Origin: Dehalococcoidia bacterium
GTDB taxonomy: Bacteria; Chloroflexota; Dehalococcoidia; GIF9; UBA5629
Direction of reading: 5' to 3'
Length of the DNA stretch: 64,000 nt
Assembly (NCBI GenBank): GCA_050011565.1
Contig: JBEKIW010000002.1
Location: forward strand, 352,001 to 416,000
Part shown: in pieces, positions 60,749 through 64,000 of the stretch
Position numbering within the stretch: the first letter of the stretch is position 1
Layout: each line of letters opens with the position of its first letter
Position numbers and translations under genes: made by a program
The notes under the pieces: generated by a model
Told to the model about the DNA's origin: nothing
What the model saw: the letters and a program-made list of their open reading frames with translations, nothing else
Database searches by the model: none

Positions 60749-62029
60749 CTATCTAAGGGTGCATCTCTCCAGGGTCTTCGGCAAGTATTGCATGGTGCTA
60801 AAAAGTTCGTCACCGGAAAGTTTGGCGATTCGACCGGGGCTGGAATCCTTGACAATTGATGATTTACGAACATCTACTACCAGGGCGACCTGCTCCGCAA
60901 ATGCTTGACCGATCTCACCGGCGACACTTTGCCCACGGGATAAAGATTCGGATAACCCGTTAACGGTGGCCGTCAGGATTTCCGGATTGAGTTTTTTAAT
61001 TGCATCTTTGGCGGCTACTATCGCGGTATACAGTAGCCCTACCTGAGCGCCCGCCTCGCGTTCGGACAGCACGCCGTCACTGTAAATTATAGAGCGCAGC
61101 CTGAAAAATTCGTCCAGAATCGTTTTGTCGCCGGTTCCGCTGGGTTTAAGTTGAGCCAGTCCATCGTCTTTAGTTATCAAACTAGCTTTAACATCATCGA
61201 CCAGGCTCTTAACTCGATTCCTCAACTTGGCGGCATCCGTAAACCAGCTCCGGATGCCGGAATATTCGTCGCTACGCCTTATCCTGAGCATTAACCAGGC
61301 TCCATCTTCGAGCGGTGTATTCTCATAATAGGGCATTAGTATTTCACTCTGGCGTTTAACTGATAACCCGGGCTTATCCAGGTCCACTCCGTATTTAACT
61401 GACAACCCGGGCTCATTCAGTACGGCTCCGCGATGGAAAAGTATAAAAATTTCCGGTCCTACCATGGCTTCGGGGCGTAAATAATAGTCCATACCGGAGA
61501 AATCAAAGAATGCATCTCGTTTCAGGATGGGGTCAGCCAGTATCTTAAGTACGGCGCCGGTGATGTCCCGACCTGCGGCAGCGAGTATTCCGGCAGGTCC
61601 GGTTATGCCGGCCGTTTCCACCATTCCGGTAACTATCCCCAAACTGGCACTGGCGGCGCTTTTGAACGTATCGCTGGTGGCAGTATCTTTCCTGACTGAA
61701 GAAAATACGGCAGAAAGAGATATCGGCCCGCCCCTATAATTGCGGTCAACCAGTACGGGTTTCTCGAAAACCCGGGCGATGCGTGCTCCGGCGTGCAGGT
61801 TAAAAGCGCCTAAAGCCACCGGGTAGTTCTCTGCTCCTCCCGACATTTTGATATCCAATATACCGGAAGCTGTACGCTCCGCAAACCACAAAGGCTGTCT
61901 ATTGATGAACCAGGAAACTGCATCAACACTCAAATAATGATTGCCCGCTGTCAACTTCGCCTGGTCGCTGCTGCCCTGCGGTACGATCTTATAGATATGC
62001 TGTTCCCCGTGTCCTGCTTCGGTAGCCAT
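60749..62029 (-). CDS. Hypothetical protein, 426 aa
   Basis: Long ORF with an AAAGGAGG SD and an upstream promoter; no motif recognised. Confidence 0.8.
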   Translation of the reverse strand: MATEAGHGEQHIYKIVPQGSSDQAKLTAGNHYLSVDAVSWFINRQPLWFAERTASGILDIKMSGGAENYPVALGAFNLHAGARIARVFEKPVLVDRNYRGGPISLSAVFSSVRKDTATSDTFKSAASASLGIVTGMVETAGITGPAGILAAAGRDITGAVLKILADPILKRDAFFDFSGMDYYLRPEAMVGPEIFILFHRGAVLNEPGLSVKYGVDLDKPGLSVKRQSEILMPYYENTPLEDGAWLMLRIRRSDEYSGIRSWFTDAAKLRNRVKSLVDDVKASLITKDDGLAQLKPSGTGDKTILDEFFRLRSIIYSDGVLSEREAGAQVGLLYTAIVAAKDAIKKLNPEILTATVNGLSESLSRGQSVAGEIGQAFAEQVALVVDVRKSSIVKDSSPGRIAKLSGDELFSTMQYLPKTLERCTLR

Positions 62030-62119
62030 ACTATGCCTCCTTTGTCCCGGTTAAAAAACAGTGTTCCAAGGTAGTTCTTTCAGAAGTTCGTTACTGAATA
62101 GATTACTGCCTGCTGGTCA

Positions 62120-62265
62120 ATAGCTAATTAGTCCCCCAGTCCAATAGCCAATTAGTACGCCCCTGCTTAATCATATGCGGGTATGTTAGCTTTATCAATA
62201 GCCAATTAGTACCCCCTGGTTAATAGCCAATTAGTACCCCCTGGTCGATAGCCAATTAGTACCCC
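62120..62265 (-). promoter_or_regulatory. Five direct repeats ATAGCCAATTAGTACCCC surrounding a sigma70 promoter
   Basis: Copies start at 62120, 62144, 62198, 62223 and 62248; TTGATA (62198-62193)-N17-TATGAT (62175-62170) lies in the one long gap. Confidence 0.8.
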
Positions 62266-62268
62266 ATT

Positions 62269-62576
62269 GCTTTAGCCCCGCCCGTGCCACCTTAAAAGGT
62301 TGCACCTGCGTGATGTGGCTGTCATTCTGAGCGCAGCGAGGAATCTACCCCTTTCCCACCGCCGAGATTCTTCGGTCGCGTCATTCCCTCAGAAAGACAC
62401 ATAGTGGTATACTCATTTTTGACCTTTGACTTGAACTTTTGACTTTTAACTTATTAAAAATCCCCTTTAATCCCCCTTTTCCTAAGGGGGAAACAAAAGT
62501 AAAAGGTTAAAGGTTAAAAATTAAAGGTTCACGTCAAAAAGTTAAAAGTATTTTTGGCCTTTAGCTTTTAACTTGG
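62269..62576. repeat. Stack of four different palindromic/heptamer element types
   Basis: REP-like copy 62269-62309; GTCATTCTGAG..CTCAGAAAGAC 62321-62398; heptamers 62417-62453; CCCCCTTTTCCTAAGGGGG 62458-62494; heptamer element 62496-62575. Confidence 0.8.
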
Positions 62577-64000
62577 CTAAAGCGTGATAACGAAATTGGT
62601 GATGCCGTGTTCGGTCTTTTCCCAGTAAGAAGGCTTGACTATCAGTTGCCATAGTGCCTTATATGCCCCCACGGATTGCAGCAGCCAGTAAACCGGGCTG
62701 AGCAGCGCGTAGGGAATGAGATGATAATATTTTCTGGGCACCACCGCGAACAAGTTCAGGCAAATAACTACCGCGTTGCCCACAAACAGGTTTATTGCCG
62801 ATACATAAAACAACACTATAGGCGTCGAATGTGGAGACAGTATAGGTGCTCCGATAGTGAGAAAATATATAAACAGGCACCACATGATCGGATTCAATAA
62901 AAATAGTGCCGGCGTTCCACCTATGAGAAGATTATACCCAAGCCACTTTTTTAATCCCATCACCTTCATTCCCTGCAATGGGTGTCTATTGTGTATCAAA
63001 AACGTTTGCATATATCCCTTAACCCAGCGGGAGCGCTGCCTCAGCCAATTCCCCAACTTGGAGTTTGCTTCCTCGTAAGTTGTCGATTTAATGATACCAA
63101 CTTTGTAGCCTTTCGCGGCGGCTCGTATGCCTAGATCGGCGTCCTCGGTCACATTGAACGGGTCCCAGGCTCCTATTTTCTTCAACTTCTGCACATGGAA
63201 ATGATTACTGGTGCCACCGAGAGGTATAGGTAGACCCATAGCATCGAGTCCGGGCAGCAGGCAATCGAACCAGTAAGTATATTCCAGGGTGAACATCTTA
63301 GTCAGAAAATTCTCATTGCGATTGAAATAATTAAGCGAGGCTTGAAAGCAAATATAGTCATCCGGATGTGTTCGAAAGGCAACGACCGCTTTTTTCAACT
63401 GGTCAGGTTCGGGAATATCTTCGGCATCATAAATAGTCAGGTACTCGCCTCTGGCGAACTGAATTCCGTAGTTTAAAGCTTTAGGTTTTGTTTTTGGCTC
63501 GCTGTTCGGCAAAGTTAGAATCCTCCAGCTTACCGGAGGGTGCGCTTTTTTAGTAGCCTCCAATGTCTCCTTGTCGTTTTCTTCCAGCAGCAGGATTATA
63601 TCCAGCTTATCGGCGGGGTAATCTAACCTTTGAACAGCTTTTATCAGGGTAGGAATGACCTTCATTTCCTTGTAAGCCGCAATGAGAACCGTATAAACAG
63701 GCAATCTCTTCGGGTCCAGATAAAGATAATTATCCTCAGTGTATTGCCTATGCTGGGTACGCTTCAGCCCCCAGGCTGTAACAATGAACTTATATAGGAA
63801 TGAAATCAGGTAAAAAAACTGAACAGCGAATAAAAAGATGATAAAAACAACTTGCGCATTGACAGCAATGGCAATAAATGTCGTGAGGAGAAGCAGACAT
63901 AAAATGCTGATCTGCGATTTATTAAAGACCTTTTGGGCGGACTCATCAGGATTCCGGTAGAAAAGCCCGTGAACAGACTTATCAAGCATCGTGTCCCGGT
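62577..64000 (-). CDS. Membrane GT2 glycosyltransferase (5' end probably beyond the window)
   Basis: YTVLIAAYKE, TKPKALN, YDAED, LGGTSNHF, TEDADLG, QRSRW; frame stays open to the window edge. Confidence 0.92.
   Translation of the reverse strand, partial: RDTMLDKSVHGLFYRNPDESAQKVFNKSQISILCLLLLTTFIAIAVNAQVVFIIFLFAVQFFYLISFLYKFIVTAWGLKRTQHRQYTEDNYLYLDPKRLPVYTVLIAAYKEMKVIPTLIKAVQRLDYPADKLDIILLLEENDKETLEATKKAHPPVSWRILTLPNSEPKTKPKALNYGIQFARGEYLTIYDAEDIPEPDQLKKAVVAFRTHPDDYICFQASLNYFNRNENFLTKMFTLEYTYWFDCLLPGLDAMGLPIPLGGTSNHFHVQKLKKIGAWDPFNVTEDADLGIRAAAKGYKVGIIKSTTYEEANSKLGNWLRQRSRWVKGYMQTFLIHNRHPLQGMKVMGLKKWLGYNLLIGGTPALFLLNPIMWCLFIYFLTIGAPILSPHSTPIVLFYVSAINLFVGNAVVICLNLFAVVPRKYYHLIPYALLSPVYWLLQSVGAYKALWQLIVKPSYWEKTEHGITNFVITL

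Noticed and set aside
62120-62265. CRISPR array
   Set aside because: Units are only about 18 bp with 6-7 bp, mostly similar linkers; there are no unique 30-40 bp spacers and no cas genes.

Overview
Bacterial chromosomal window with no rRNA, tRNA, CRISPR array or transposase seen. Gene order (rpsO-pnp-dapB-asd-dapA; purA-pgsA-GT4-ino1-PHP-truB-rbfA-infB-ylxR-nusA) and protein style suggest an anaerobic Chloroflexota (Dehalococcoidia); this is recognition from memory, not a search. Layout: ligA (truncated); a BKACE/cyclase pair; a PerR-headed oxidative-stress, Fe-S and metal region (4.2-16.9 kb) containing an unannotated selenocysteine glutaredoxin and a rubrerythrin-thioesterase fusion; a five-PAS hybrid kinase; a housekeeping core (20.8-41.5 kb); and an accessory region (44-64 kb). 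Best leads in the accessory region: (1) an ArsR-FmdB-DsrE-TusA-DsrM/K-like-FmdB sulfur-relay operon whose two zinc-ribbon proteins may carry selenocysteine near the C-terminus; (2) an FGGY kinase + RuBisCO-like protein + saccharopine-dehydrogenase-like operon; (3) a 426-aa orphan gene whose sigma70 promoter sits inside a five-copy operator-like array; (4) several families of palindromic intergenic elements, one abutting a DUF559 nuclease gene. All calls come from reading the sequence by eye.
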